From: a virus | Virus record (IMG/VR): IMGVR_UViG_3300042564_002458 | Coordinates: 32,001 to 96,000 of that record | Length of the DNA: 64,000 nt | Reading direction: 5' to 3' (one strand) | Shown: piece by piece, positions 1 to 9,589 of the stretch | How positions within the stretch are numbered: the first letter of the stretch is position 1 | Layout of the letters: every line of letters begins with the position of its first letter | Program-made: the position numbers and the translations under genes | Notes under the pieces: generated by a model | What the model was told of the DNA's origin: nothing | Database searches by the model: none | What the model saw: the letters and a program-made list of their open reading frames with translations, nothing else

Positions 1-99
1 AGGACGTTAAGGCGTAATATAGTATCATATTATGTATTAGTGGAAACGAGTAAGTATTTGTGTATAAAAACAGTTTATACTTACACACAGGACACTAAT

Positions 100-267
100 A
101 TGAAAACACTATACACAATTTTTGAAAAACTTACAAACATGATTCCAAAACAAGATTATGGACATCGTTTGAATCGCTATGTAAAATTAAATAGACCAAC
201 CAATCCCTCTGAAGTAGAATACTTGATTAAAAGTTTTGAACGTAGAGAATTTAGAGGATTTCATTAA
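100..267 (+). CDS. hypothetical phage protein
   Basis: ATG at 100 after CAGGA; ORF track extends upstream to a GTG at 40. Confidence 0.6.
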   Translation: MKTLYTIFEKLTNMIPKQDYGHRLNRYVKLNRPTNPSEVEYLIKSFERREFRGFH

Positions 268-368
268 TGAAAACAATTATAACAGCCATAATTAATTATA
301 TGCAACGATATGAAGAATATCGTATGAAACAATTTGATCGTGTATTGCGTATAAGAGGGTGGGAATAA
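267..368 (+). CDS. small hypothetical protein (33 aa)
   Basis: TAATG overlap with upstream stop; MKTIITAIINYMQRYEEYR...; below ORF-track cutoff. Confidence 0.45.
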   Translation: MKTIITAIINYMQRYEEYRMKQFDRVLRIRGWE

Positions 369-496
369 TGATGAAAATTTTAAAATCAATTTGGGCCAGT
401 TTAGAATATATTGGTCGTGTCAGAGCGGCTGGTGTATTAGCTCGTCAGGGAAATACTAAAGGCGCAATTGAGTTAATGGATAAAAAGTTCATTTAA
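368..496 (+). CDS. small hypothetical protein (42 aa)
   Basis: TAATG coupling; MMKILKSIWASLEYIGRVRAAGVLARQG... Confidence 0.5.
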   Translation: MMKILKSIWASLEYIGRVRAAGVLARQGNTKGAIELMDKKFI

Positions 497-579
497 CCAA
501 ATCACTTGATTTTTGTATAAATATCAAGTACACTAGTACTACAGTAGAAATACTGTTTTGACACACACAGGAGATTATT

Positions 580-849
580 ATGTCATTTGAAACACCAAAA
601 CTACCAGAAGTTAAATTCAACAAGAACGGCTATGAGATTCGTACAGAAATCTTAGATATGGCCAAGAGCATGGTTAGTGAAGAATTTCACGCCAAGTTTC
701 TAGGATGGGAAATGTCTACCGCCAAAGATGAAAAAACAGGCAAATTGGTTACCACAGTTGGTATGCCAGAATTTCCAGGACTTGATAAAGTTCTTGAAAC
801 TGCAGAAAAAATGTATGCCTTTGTAAACGCCTCATCTTCAAAGAAGTAA
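580..849 (+). CDS. conserved-looking phage hypothetical protein
   Basis: strong SD AGGAG; TATAAATA late-type motif ~516-523; NKNGYEIRTEIL motif. Confidence 0.75.
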   Translation: MSFETPKLPEVKFNKNGYEIRTEILDMAKSMVSEEFHAKFLGWEMSTAKDEKTGKLVTTVGMPEFPGLDKVLETAEKMYAFVNASSSKK

Positions 850-852
850 TCA

Positions 853-1143
853 ATGACCGAAATTCTATTCAATGTATTTGAATGGATACGCCAAGATTTT
901 CGTAGCAACAGTATTCGTTGTGTATTGGAAATCTTGGCGTGGTTTCTTAGTATCTCATGTAGTGTTGTTATGATGCTAACAGTACCAAATCCACCATTTC
1001 TAATCTTATATCCATTGTTCATCGCTCAATGTGTAATATTTGCATGGGCATCATATTCTAGACGTTCATTTGGCATGTTAGCCAATTATATTTTACTTAG
1101 TTCCATTGACGGAATAGCGTTAGTTAGACTGATTCTAATGTAA
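853..1143 (+). CDS. small membrane protein
   Basis: three hydrophobic segments. Confidence 0.7.
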   Translation: MTEILFNVFEWIRQDFRSNSIRCVLEILAWFLSISCSVVMMLTVPNPPFLILYPLFIAQCVIFAWASYSRRSFGMLANYILLSSIDGIALVRLILM

Positions 1144-1149
1144 ATTTAG

Positions 1150-1203
1150 TGTTGTTTTTATACAACAATAATTATTGACAATAAATCTATTATAGTTTAT
1201 AAT
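1150..1203 (+). promoter_or_regulatory. palindrome + sigma70 early promoter cassette 1
   Basis: TGTTGT-N6-ACAACA 1150-1167, TTGACA 1175-1180, 17 nt, TATAAT 1198-1203. Confidence 0.85.
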
Positions 1204-1226
1204 AGTTGTACAGTAAATAAAACGGA

Positions 1227-1418
1227 ATGAAAATGTCAGATAAAATTGATCGTAATGAATACGATATGTTATTTCCCTTAGAACAAGAATTCAAAACTTG
1301 GGTCAAACATCAAGAAGTTCGAGCCGAACTCAAAAAACGCTTAATGACTAGTTTGAGTGAAAACACTCGTAAATCTTCTAAAGAAGATTTTAGTCCATTT
1401 AATACTGTTAATAGTTAA
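1227..1418 (+). CDS. hypothetical early protein
   Basis: ORF directly downstream of consensus promoter. Confidence 0.65.
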   Translation: MKMSDKIDRNEYDMLFPLEQEFKTWVKHQEVRAELKKRLMTSLSENTRKSSKEDFSPFNTVNS

Positions 1419-1420
1419 TT

Positions 1421-1474
1421 TGTTGTTTTTATACAACAATAATTATTGACAATAAATCCATTTTGTGCTATAAT
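1421..1474 (+). promoter_or_regulatory. palindrome + sigma70 early promoter cassette 2
   Basis: palindrome 1421-1438, TTGACA 1446-1451, 17 nt, TATAAT 1469-1474. Confidence 0.85.
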
Positions 1475-1509
1475 ATATACATACAATTGAATAATACAAG
1501 GATCTACAA

Positions 1510-1851
1510 ATGGAATACACTCAAACACAAATTAATGTAATCGTTGCAGAATCTCAACAAGCCGCTCAAAAAGCCGCAATTAAATTTTTCAATGAGAAAC
1601 TGGGTGGTCGCGATCAGTTTGCCTGTGGTTTTGCATGGGTTGAGATTTTTGGTGTAAAAGGAAATACTAAGTTGGGCAAGATGTTGAAGGCGGCAGGCGT
1701 GAGTCAGAATTATAATAAAACTTTTGAAATTTGGAATCCCAGTGGTGTTAACTGTCAAAACATTGACACCAAAGAAGAGGGTGCACGAGCCGCGGCAGAA
1801 GTGTTCACTCGATATGGATTTAAAGCCTATGCTGGCTCACGATTAGATTAA
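1510..1851 (+). CDS. phage hypothetical protein (CGFAWV motif)
   Basis: SD AAGGA; ACGFAWV...AYAGSRLD pattern typical of phage early proteins. Confidence 0.8.
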   Translation: MEYTQTQINVIVAESQQAAQKAAIKFFNEKLGGRDQFACGFAWVEIFGVKGNTKLGKMLKAAGVSQNYNKTFEIWNPSGVNCQNIDTKEEGARAAAEVFTRYGFKAYAGSRLD

Positions 1852-1863
1852 TATAGTATTGTG

Positions 1864-1917
1864 TGTTGTAAAAATACAACAGTATTAATTGACAACAAAT
1901 CCATATTCCTGTATAAT
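1864..1917 (+). promoter_or_regulatory. palindrome + sigma70 early promoter cassette 3
   Basis: palindrome 1864-1881, TTGACA 1889-1894, 17 nt, TATAAT 1912-1917. Confidence 0.85.
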
Positions 1918-1949
1918 ATACACATACACTGATAAAAAGGAAGTAAAAA

Positions 1950-2186
1950 ATGAATCCAAATTTTCTCAAAGCCCTGACTGAGCCTACGGTTTTTGTCGTA
2001 AGTATGAAATATACATTAGACGGTCAGGATATTGATGATGTTGATGCCGATCAAGTGGCAGAAATGGTTCGTGGCGTTTTCTCTACTGAGAAAGCCGCAT
2101 TGGATTTTGTCAAGACTAAGAATAAAGAATATAAGGGACAAGATGATGTTCATTTCACCGTTCGTATGCACTTTATTCAAGACTAA
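1950..2186 (+). CDS. hypothetical early protein
   Basis: SD AAGGA, own promoter. Confidence 0.75.
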   Translation: MNPNFLKALTEPTVFVVSMKYTLDGQDIDDVDADQVAEMVRGVFSTEKAALDFVKTKNKEYKGQDDVHFTVRMHFIQD

Positions 2187-2188
2187 TT

Positions 2189-2242
2189 TGTTGTTTAAAT
2201 ACAACAGTATTAATTGACAACAAATCCATATTCCTGTATAAT
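2189..2242 (+). promoter_or_regulatory. palindrome + sigma70 early promoter cassette 4
   Basis: palindrome 2189-2206, TTGACA 2214-2219, 17 nt, TATAAT 2237-2242; near-identical to cassette 3. Confidence 0.85.
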
Positions 2243-2273
2243 ATACACATACACTGATGAAAAGGAAGTAAAT

Positions 2274-2543
2274 ATGAAAGTTGATTTAAGCCCACAATCT
2301 AATCGTTTTGTTGAGTCAATTCTAGTTGCCTGTCCGGCTGGTTTACGTGAACGTGCCACATATAAAAATATTCCCATTGAATATTTGCCACAAGTCCGTG
2401 CCTATTTCAAATCACTGGGTAAAAAAATTCATGTTCGTTTTCGCGGCCCACGTAATAACCCACTTGACCGCCGTTATCGTAATCAACGAATGCAAGATTG
2501 TGTCAAACAATTCGCTAATCGTTTCACGATTTATTTTAAATAA
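2274..2543 (+). CDS. basic hypothetical early protein
   Basis: start moved to ATG 2274 after SD AAGGA (track start at 2214 is the -35 box). Confidence 0.75.
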   Translation: MKVDLSPQSNRFVESILVACPAGLRERATYKNIPIEYLPQVRAYFKSLGKKIHVRFRGPRNNPLDRRYRNQRMQDCVKQFANRFTIYFK

Positions 2544-2558
2544 TTTTAAGGATAAAAC

Positions 2559-2747
2559 ATGACTAACGAAGAACTCGCACGAAAAATTCGTTGTAACTGG
2601 TTTGCTGATCGTGACTCACTTGACGAGGCATTTGAATACGCCCACATGGTGATGAAGGGTGACCCAGCGACAATGACTGCCATGTACGTGATTTTGAATA
2701 CTGTGGCTAAAGAACTTCTCAAATTAGAACAAAAGGAAACTGTATAA
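2559..2747 (+). CDS. hypothetical protein
   Basis: SD AAGGA, coupled to next gene. Confidence 0.7.
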   Translation: MTNEELARKIRCNWFADRDSLDEAFEYAHMVMKGDPATMTAMYVILNTVAKELLKLEQKETV

Positions 2748-3178
2748 TGGCAACTCGCTCAACAATCGCCGTAATTCATGAAGACGGAACTGTATCACAA
2801 ATTTATTGTCATTATGATGGTTATGTATCACATAATGGTCAACTATTAGTAACAAATTATAATAGTCTTTTAGCTGCCGAATTTTTGGTAAGTAAAGGCG
2901 ACCTCAGTACATTGGGTGAACGTGTTACTGCTCAAGGTGAACATTCATTTTCAAATCCTGAAGATGGTGTATGCGTTTATTATGGTCGTGATCGTGGCGA
3001 AACTGGGGTTGAACCTCGTGTATTTGCCAGTGTTCATGATTATCGTCTTTATGCCAAACTTCAAGAAGTAAATTACTTGTTTATCAATGGCGAATGGTTA
3101 TATCAATATGAAGTCAATGATCCCACTATGAAATCTGTGGCAGAAGAATTGAAATTTTGCACTCCAATTGAAGATTGA
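2747..3178 (+). CDS. phage hypothetical protein (MATRS..IYCHYDGY family)
   Basis: motifs TRSTI, YCHYDGY, YGRDRGE. Confidence 0.8.
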   Translation: MATRSTIAVIHEDGTVSQIYCHYDGYVSHNGQLLVTNYNSLLAAEFLVSKGDLSTLGERVTAQGEHSFSNPEDGVCVYYGRDRGETGVEPRVFASVHDYRLYAKLQEVNYLFINGEWLYQYEVNDPTMKSVAEELKFCTPIED

Positions 3179-3182
3179 AGAA

Positions 3183-3533
3183 ATGAAATTTCTTAAAGAA
3201 CTTACGGAATGGTCAGATAATACTCCCAATCATACTTATCTAGTAGTAGATAGTAAAGATAAGATGTTGGGATATATTCGGTCGGATTCTAAGAAATTAG
3301 AAATGTTCAAGCAGCCCTTGCCATTTGATGCTCGCCGCCGCAAGTTTACAGAAGTTGCCAATACTTTTGGTTATGTAGAACCAAAATTGGTAAATACTGC
3401 TAATAGTTGGCAGGTGAAATCGTCAAGTGGATCAGTATATACACTAGAACGAAATGATGGACGTATCTCATGTAGTTGTAGCGGGTTTAAATTTAGAGGG
3501 AAATGTAAACATGTTGAGGCTGAGACTGTATGA
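3183..3533 (+). CDS. SWIM-type zinc finger protein
   Basis: C-terminal CSCSGFKFRGKCKH (CxC-x-CxH). Confidence 0.75.
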   Translation: MKFLKELTEWSDNTPNHTYLVVDSKDKMLGYIRSDSKKLEMFKQPLPFDARRRKFTEVANTFGYVEPKLVNTANSWQVKSSSGSVYTLERNDGRISCSCSGFKFRGKCKHVEAETV

Positions 3534-3691
3534 AAAACAGTAATTTCAGAAAATGGGTAGAAGACATTTGGAAAGAGAATTGTGAAGAATGTCGTGAATG
3601 GCGAGAAACCCCTTTAACACTAAATTTATATTGGAACAAATATAAATGGTGGTTAAAACGAGAATTCAAATATCGTAATTTGGACAAATAA
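3530..3691 (+). CDS. Trp-rich small hypothetical protein (53 aa)
   Basis: ATGA overlap; MKNSNFRKWVEDIWKENCEE...KYKWWLKREF. Confidence 0.6.
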   Translation: MKNSNFRKWVEDIWKENCEECREWRETPLTLNLYWNKYKWWLKREFKYRNLDK

Positions 3692-3743
3692 TCTATTGTA
3701 GTTAATATCAATAAATGTTATAATTAGTTATATAGGAAATAAA

Positions 3744-3869
3744 ATGAAATTTTTAGCTGGTGTTGTAGTTGGTGTTGTTCTCTCTGTTATTGGAGTGGAT
3801 GGTGCTGTTCGTGTACTTACCAATGCCGTAGATTCTATCAAAACATATTCACAAGGTTTGTCCAAATAA
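3744..3869 (+). CDS. small membrane protein (41 aa)
   Basis: SD AGGA; MKFLAGVVVGVVLSVIG. Confidence 0.6.
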   Translation: MKFLAGVVVGVVLSVIGVDGAVRVLTNAVDSIKTYSQGLSK

Positions 3870-4132
3870 TGTTTAACTTTTTAAAATCATCAAAATCTGA
3901 TTATATTGTTCCGTCTGAAACTGTTCCGTCTGAAATTCCATATTCTATTCCAGAGAAAAAACAAGCTAACGGTGGATATACTGTTGGGATCAATAGTATG
4001 GGTTTTACTACATTGACATTAATTGATGGTAATTCTAGTATTACTATGACCATGTCTGACACTGGGATCAATAAACTTATCAGTCTATTACAGGCTGCTT
4101 TGCCAGAAGAACATGATGGAGTTGAAGAATGA
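3869..4132 (+). CDS. hypothetical protein
   Basis: coupled ORF; ends HDGVEE. Confidence 0.7.
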   Translation: MFNFLKSSKSDYIVPSETVPSEIPYSIPEKKQANGGYTVGINSMGFTTLTLIDGNSSITMTMSDTGINKLISLLQAALPEEHDGVEE

Positions 4133-4332
4133 AATACGATAGATTTGATTTAGAACAACAAATACTAGATTGTTGGAAAATCACAGATGATATTCCCATG
4201 ATGGAACAACAAGACGCAAATACCGCGGACATGACTAGTTTGGCATGTGTGTATGAATACAAGTTCAAAAAACTTTGGGATACATTTACACATCTAGTTG
4301 AAACTAAACAATTTAAATGGAATGATGAATGA
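4129..4332 (+). CDS. hypothetical protein
   Basis: ATGA overlap; DRFDLEQQILDCW motif. Confidence 0.75.
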   Translation: MKYDRFDLEQQILDCWKITDDIPMMEQQDANTADMTSLACVYEYKFKKLWDTFTHLVETKQFKWNDE

Positions 4333-4529
4333 AAGTTAATTTTTATTATGTAGTTAAAGTACATCAACCTGGAACTGATAGTATAGATCGTTCGGCTGAT
4401 GCAGAATATGTGGCTGGCCCATTTAGAACAGATGGCGAAGGTCGCGATTATATCAAAGATAATTTTATTCTTCAAAGTGATCGTATGATTCATACAGTTG
4501 TACATATTAATACAAAAGTGACTCTATAA
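4329..4529 (+). CDS. hypothetical protein
   Basis: ATGA overlap chain. Confidence 0.65.
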   Translation: MKVNFYYVVKVHQPGTDSIDRSADAEYVAGPFRTDGEGRDYIKDNFILQSDRMIHTVVHINTKVTL

Positions 4530-4816
4530 TGAACTATAAATGGATTGGTTCTATTTCAGAAAAAGATCATTATTTGATTTGGGGTATTATTGAACTTGAT
4601 CGTGCAGGTTTTGATCCAGTTGCCAATGATAATGTCAATACATATAGAATGTTTAGTGGTCGTTCAGATAAAAAATTAACTACTAAAAATTTTATTGATA
4701 CTGAAGGTAGTATCATTGAATTAATCAAACGTAAACAACTTAAAGGATATACACTTCTTTCAGAACAAAAATTCTTAGAGTTAATTCCAAACGTGAAAAG
4801 CACATTGACAGTATGA
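4529..4816 (+). CDS. hypothetical protein, possibly WGR-like
   Basis: FSGR...KRKQLKGY resembles WGR C-terminus; weak. Confidence 0.55.
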   Translation: MNYKWIGSISEKDHYLIWGIIELDRAGFDPVANDNVNTYRMFSGRSDKKLTTKNFIDTEGSIIELIKRKQLKGYTLLSEQKFLELIPNVKSTLTV

Positions 4817-5019
4817 TTGATCTTGATGAACAACCATTGACATTTGGTAAATATATCGGATATAGTTCTGATAAAATCGCCAAAACTGATCCAGAATATT
4901 TGATTTGGCTATATGATAATAGCGAAGTAAAACCATGTACTAAACATCTACGTGATTTATGTGAGATGGATATTCACGAAGAACAAGAATGGTTTAATGA
5001 TAATGACATGGAATGTTAA
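4813..5019 (+). CDS. small FGKY-motif protein (DUF3820/ExoX C-terminal-like)
   Basis: LTFGKYIG...DPEYLIWL. Confidence 0.65.
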   Translation: MIDLDEQPLTFGKYIGYSSDKIAKTDPEYLIWLYDNSEVKPCTKHLRDLCEMDIHEEQEWFNDNDMEC

Positions 5020-5028
5020 AGGCATAAT

Positions 5029-6357
5029 ATGAGTTCAAATTGGATTAGAAAATTAAACGAATCAAATAGTAAACTTCATAAAGAGGATGTTTATAAACAA
5101 GCATTGTCTTTTGCAACATTAGGTGATAATAACAGTCATCGTTTTCTCACGTTGGTTCATTATTGTTATAATCCAATGATAACATTTGGAGTAAAACAAG
5201 TTCCAGAAACTGTTGGAATCACTAACGCAGAAAACCCATGGACAGAATTTCAAAGTTTATTAGATTCTTTAAGTCGTAGAGAATTAACTGGTAATGCAGC
5301 TCGTGATGCTATTGATGCAATGAGTCTACGTTTTGATACAGACGAATGGAATGAATTTTGTGCGGCGGTATTACGAAAAGATTTACGAACCAATTGTAGT
5401 GAAAAGACAATTAATAAAGTTTGTAAAAAAACTGATTATGAGATTCCAATTTTCAGTTGTCAATTGGCAACCAGTTGTGAAGATCGACCACAAATGAAAG
5501 GTGAAATGCGACTTGAACCAAAATTGGATGGGGTTCGAGTTCTCATGTGGTGCGCATATGATGAATTAAATGATGCTGTGGCAGTAGTTCCATATAGTCG
5601 TAATGGAAAAGTATTTGATAATTTTGGTCATATTGAAAGTCAAATTTCAAATCAATTAAAACATATTTGTAAAATTACAGGATATAATTCATTCTTTCTG
5701 GATGGTGAAGTAGTAGGTAAATCATTTAATGAGTTGATGAGAGTGGCTCGTAAAAAAGATGGTGTCGCGGCTACTGATAGTGTATTTCATATATTTGATT
5801 TTATACCTCATGTTAATTTTAAAGAAGGTTATTGGAATTCTCAACTATATAAGCGACTATCTGTCTTAGATAAAATGAAACGTTTTATTAACAAAATGTC
5901 AAGTGTAGAATATCCAGATCATTTGATTGTTAATTTAGATACAAGTCAGGGTCGTAATCAAATGGAACGTTATGCCAAAGATTGTGTCAATGATGGTTAT
6001 GAAGGTATTATGATTAAATCCATGGAAGCCCCATATGAATGTAGACGTAGCACATTCTGGATGAAATGGAAACCTGTAATTACAGTTGACTTACAAATTG
6101 TTGAAGTAGAACAGGGTACTGGTAAAAATAGTAAACGAATGGGTGCTTTTGTTTGTGAGGGTACAGATGATGGTAAATTCATTAGTGTGAATGTTGGTAG
6201 CGGAGTGTCGGATTCTGAACGAGAATCATATTGGGAAAATCGTGATCAATTAATTGGTCGTACAGTTGAAATTTTATGTGATAGTGTAAGTCAGAATCAG
6301 GATGAAACCTATTCTTTACGCTTTCCACGCTTTGTTCGTTTTAGAGATGATAAGTAA
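5029..6357 (+). CDS. lig: ATP-dependent DNA ligase
   Basis: motif I EPKLDGVR, III FLDGEV, IIIa FHIFD, IV YEGIMIK, V WMKWK, VI SLRFPRFVRFRDDK. Confidence 0.95.
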   Translation: MSSNWIRKLNESNSKLHKEDVYKQALSFATLGDNNSHRFLTLVHYCYNPMITFGVKQVPETVGITNAENPWTEFQSLLDSLSRRELTGNAARDAIDAMSLRFDTDEWNEFCAAVLRKDLRTNCSEKTINKVCKKTDYEIPIFSCQLATSCEDRPQMKGEMRLEPKLDGVRVLMWCAYDELNDAVAVVPYSRNGKVFDNFGHIESQISNQLKHICKITGYNSFFLDGEVVGKSFNELMRVARKKDGVAATDSVFHIFDFIPHVNFKEGYWNSQLYKRLSVLDKMKRFINKMSSVEYPDHLIVNLDTSQGRNQMERYAKDCVNDGYEGIMIKSMEAPYECRRSTFWMKWKPVITVDLQIVEVEQGTGKNSKRMGAFVCEGTDDGKFISVNVGSGVSDSERESYWENRDQLIGRTVEILCDSVSQNQDETYSLRFPRFVRFRDDK

Positions 6358-6371
6358 TTAAGGAGATTATC

Positions 6372-7412
6372 ATGGTAACAATTGTTAAAAGTGAATGGCA
6401 TCAGGTAGAAAAACGTTATAATTTTGATTTTGACGAATCTATCTTATCTGAAATTTATCCTGATTTAGAAGAGGATGATATTAAAACACTACTAGTTAGA
6501 ATTCAAAATGGTGAGATTGATATTGAAGAATTAGTCAATAATGCCTGGGAAAATAGTGTTGATATTGATTGGGATTGGATGGATAAGGATGATTGGTGGA
6601 CTGATCGTAAAGGTGGATATGAAGTTACATACAGTGTGTCAGACGAATCAACAGAGATCAATCTTCCGTATTCAGTCGCCTGGCCATTTCCGGCTAGTAG
6701 TATAGTTCCCGAAACTGATGAAGTTGAAGATAAAGAAATATTAAACATGTTAGCTGAATTAACTGGTGCCTATGAAAAAAAACTTGAAAATTCAGAAATA
6801 AAAGAATTTACTATCAAACTTTATGGTCGTGGAACTGATCGTGGTATTGGTACTATTACCAAGGAACAATATGAATATTGGAATGAACATAGTGATGATC
6901 TAGGTGATGCACTTAATGATCAATATGATTATGAAGAAAATGAAACACCAGAAGATGCCAAACTTCCATATGAATATTATAATGAATATGAAGATATTGC
7001 CTTTGAAACTGGAATAGATGAAGATTCATGTTATATTTCAATCACTGATTCAGATGGTAATGAATTATATGATGATGAATTGTTTTCGTTCTTGACCACA
7101 GTTCATGGTGATTCTGACTCATGTGATGAGGCTACTGAAGAAAAAGACGAAGTATATTTTAATACTGCCTGTATGTCAGAGGGATATTATGTATATTGGC
7201 AACAGGGTGGTAAAGGAACATATTTTGAAGGAACAATTGAAATTGATAAAGATTCAGAATTTAATCCAAAATTATTAAAGTTTAACACTGTTGATTTTGA
7301 TGGTAATAGTATGGTTACCAATGTATTATATGATGATGAAGACATTGAAAATAGTGGTGGAGAATGGTCTGGTAAATGGGACGATTATCAAGTTATTAAA
7401 TTGGGATTATAA
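6372..7412 (+). CDS. highly acidic hypothetical protein
   Basis: SD AAGGAG; D/E-rich; internal AWPFP motif. Confidence 0.8.
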   Translation: MVTIVKSEWHQVEKRYNFDFDESILSEIYPDLEEDDIKTLLVRIQNGEIDIEELVNNAWENSVDIDWDWMDKDDWWTDRKGGYEVTYSVSDESTEINLPYSVAWPFPASSIVPETDEVEDKEILNMLAELTGAYEKKLENSEIKEFTIKLYGRGTDRGIGTITKEQYEYWNEHSDDLGDALNDQYDYEENETPEDAKLPYEYYNEYEDIAFETGIDEDSCYISITDSDGNELYDDELFSFLTTVHGDSDSCDEATEEKDEVYFNTACMSEGYYVYWQQGGKGTYFEGTIEIDKDSEFNPKLLKFNTVDFDGNSMVTNVLYDDEDIENSGGEWSGKWDDYQVIKLGL

Positions 7413-7633
7413 TGTCTAGTGACATAGAACAATTTATTGGAAAAATATATGAGTTTGATGATGGTAGATCAATTAAGATTATTGATGTAACCTTACGAGA
7501 TACTGGCGAAGTTCAATACTATGTTAACTATGAAGTTAAGTATTCTAAAACTAGTATACCAAAAAGAATGTTAATGACTGAAAAAGAATTTATAAGTAAC
7601 TTCAATCATTTATTCTTTGATAAGGGTTTTTAG
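7412..7633 (+). CDS. hypothetical protein
   Basis: coupled ORF. Confidence 0.65.
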   Translation: MSSDIEQFIGKIYEFDDGRSIKIIDVTLRDTGEVQYYVNYEVKYSKTSIPKRMLMTEKEFISNFNHLFFDKGF

Positions 7634-7657
7634 AAACAACTTTATGATAAATACTAC

Positions 7658-9589
7658 ATGCTATTAACTTATCTTATGTTATCAGTGGCTCTGTGTCTCA
7701 GCGCAGTAGCCGCTTTTTATTCTATAGTTGGTCTTACAGCGATATTTGCCGCGGCTGTAATTCCAGTTATCATCATGGGATCAATATTAGAAATAGCCAA
7801 ACTGGTAATTACAGTTTGGTTACATGAGTTTTGGACACAAGTCAAACTCACAATGAAAATATATTTGATTCCTGCCGTGATCACACTGATGTTCATTACT
7901 AGTATGGGTATCTTTGGATTCTTATCCAAAGCACATATTGAACAAGTGGGGGTTGGTCAAGAAAACGCAGCACAATTACAACGAATAACTGTAGAGATAC
8001 AGCGTCAGACAGACATTGTAAAAGCGGCCGAAGTCAGAGCAAAGACATTAGAAACTACTGGTACCGGAGCAGATGCCAACGTACAGAGTCAAATCAATCA
8101 AGAACAACAACGAATTGATAGTTCTTATACTAGAATTCAACCAGCAATAGAAGATCAACAAAAAATCATTGACGCTCAAACAAAGATTTATCAAGATCAG
8201 ATAACAAAAATAGATGAACAACTTGCTCAATTACAAAAGTACATGGACTCAAAAGAAGTTGAACGAGTACAGACCTTGGTTGGAGTAAAACCGGATGGAG
8301 ATTGGGGTCCGGGAACAGCCAGAGCAATAATTATATGGAAGAATCTACGAGTCAATGAACGATCAGCGGCAGTATCTAAATTAGAAGAGGCTAATACAAA
8401 TCCTACTATAAAATCAGCCAGAGATGAGATATTGCGTATAAGAAAAACGGTAGAAACTCAAATATCAGAGAGTAACAAACTTATTGATCGTTTACGAAAT
8501 CAATTGGGCAAGGGTGATACTGCCAGTGTAGAAACATTGGTTACAGAACAACAGGAAAAAATCAAAACTTCTAATTTAGAAATAGAAAAGTTAACACAAA
8601 AGAAATATGAACTAGAGGCTGAATATAGAAAATTAGAAGTAGAAGTTGGACCAATCAAGTATATTGCCGAATTAGTATATGGTGATAGTACTGATAAGAA
8701 TATGTTAGAGCATGCAGTTCGTTGGGTAATTATATTGATCGTGGCAGTGTTTGATCCTCTGGCAGTTATGATGTTGTTGGCTGCATCAGAAAGTATAGTA
8801 TGGATTCGTCAACGATTACCTAAACCTAAGACTGTAGTTACGGAACCAAATTTAGAAAAATCACATCATAATTCTCAATTGATAGAAGAACTAAACAGTA
8901 TGGTGTATAAATTTCAAGAAGAGAATACTTCTTTATATGATCAATTGGATGAGCGTGAACATCAATTAACAAAAGTTCAAAGTGAACGTGATAAATTATT
9001 CACTGCTCATGGTTATGAAATGGAACGAGCTGACACATTGGCAGTTAAATTGAGCGAAGTGAAAAGTAGCAAGCGTAAAAGTCTTACTGAATTACTGACA
9101 GAAACTCCTGAAAATATTGAGATTATCAAACCAGTGATCGAACCAGAAACTGTCACTGAACAAATTATAGAAATTCCAGTAGAAATACAGACTGAAGGAG
9201 TAACTACTCAAACTGTCATGTATCATCCGTCTGAGGGATATGTTACATTTGATGGAAAGTTAATAAGTATTGATGCATTGAAATCACTACGCCCAGACTT
9301 GGTACTATCAAACAATAATCACGCTACACAAATAATGTTTGGAAATAAATTCCCACAATATGCCAAGATGGGTGACATCTATATCAGAACTGATGTTGTT
9401 CCACATATTGTATTTAAATTCAATGGTCAAAAATGGATTGAAATTGATAAACAATTAAATCATTCATATTTACAGTACATTCCGTACATTCAATATTTGA
9501 TTCAAAAGATAGAAAGTGGTGAATATGATGCTGAATTATTAACCGAAGATGAGCGTGAAGAAATCGCCACTCATCTTCAACAAAAATAA
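7658..9589 (+). CDS. membrane-anchored coiled-coil protein with peptidoglycan-binding-like motif
   Basis: 3 N-terminal TMs, long coiled coil, VQTLVGVKPDGDWGPGT, further TM IVAVFDPLAV. Confidence 0.75.
   Translation: MLLTYLMLSVALCLSAVAAFYSIVGLTAIFAAAVIPVIIMGSILEIAKLVITVWLHEFWTQVKLTMKIYLIPAVITLMFITSMGIFGFLSKAHIEQVGVGQENAAQLQRITVEIQRQTDIVKAAEVRAKTLETTGTGADANVQSQINQEQQRIDSSYTRIQPAIEDQQKIIDAQTKIYQDQITKIDEQLAQLQKYMDSKEVERVQTLVGVKPDGDWGPGTARAIIIWKNLRVNERSAAVSKLEEANTNPTIKSARDEILRIRKTVETQISESNKLIDRLRNQLGKGDTASVETLVTEQQEKIKTSNLEIEKLTQKKYELEAEYRKLEVEVGPIKYIAELVYGDSTDKNMLEHAVRWVIILIVAVFDPLAVMMLLAASESIVWIRQRLPKPKTVVTEPNLEKSHHNSQLIEELNSMVYKFQEENTSLYDQLDEREHQLTKVQSERDKLFTAHGYEMERADTLAVKLSEVKSSKRKSLTELLTETPENIEIIKPVIEPETVTEQIIEIPVEIQTEGVTTQTVMYHPSEGYVTFDGKLISIDALKSLRPDLVLSNNNHATQIMFGNKFPQYAKMGDIYIRTDVVPHIVFKFNGQKWIEIDKQLNHSYLQYIPYIQYLIQKIESGEYDAELLTEDEREEIATHLQQK

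Noticed and set aside
1150-1167. LexA (CTGT-N8-ACAG) box
   Set aside because: Palindrome is TGTTGT-N6-ACAACA; spacing and half-site do not fit.
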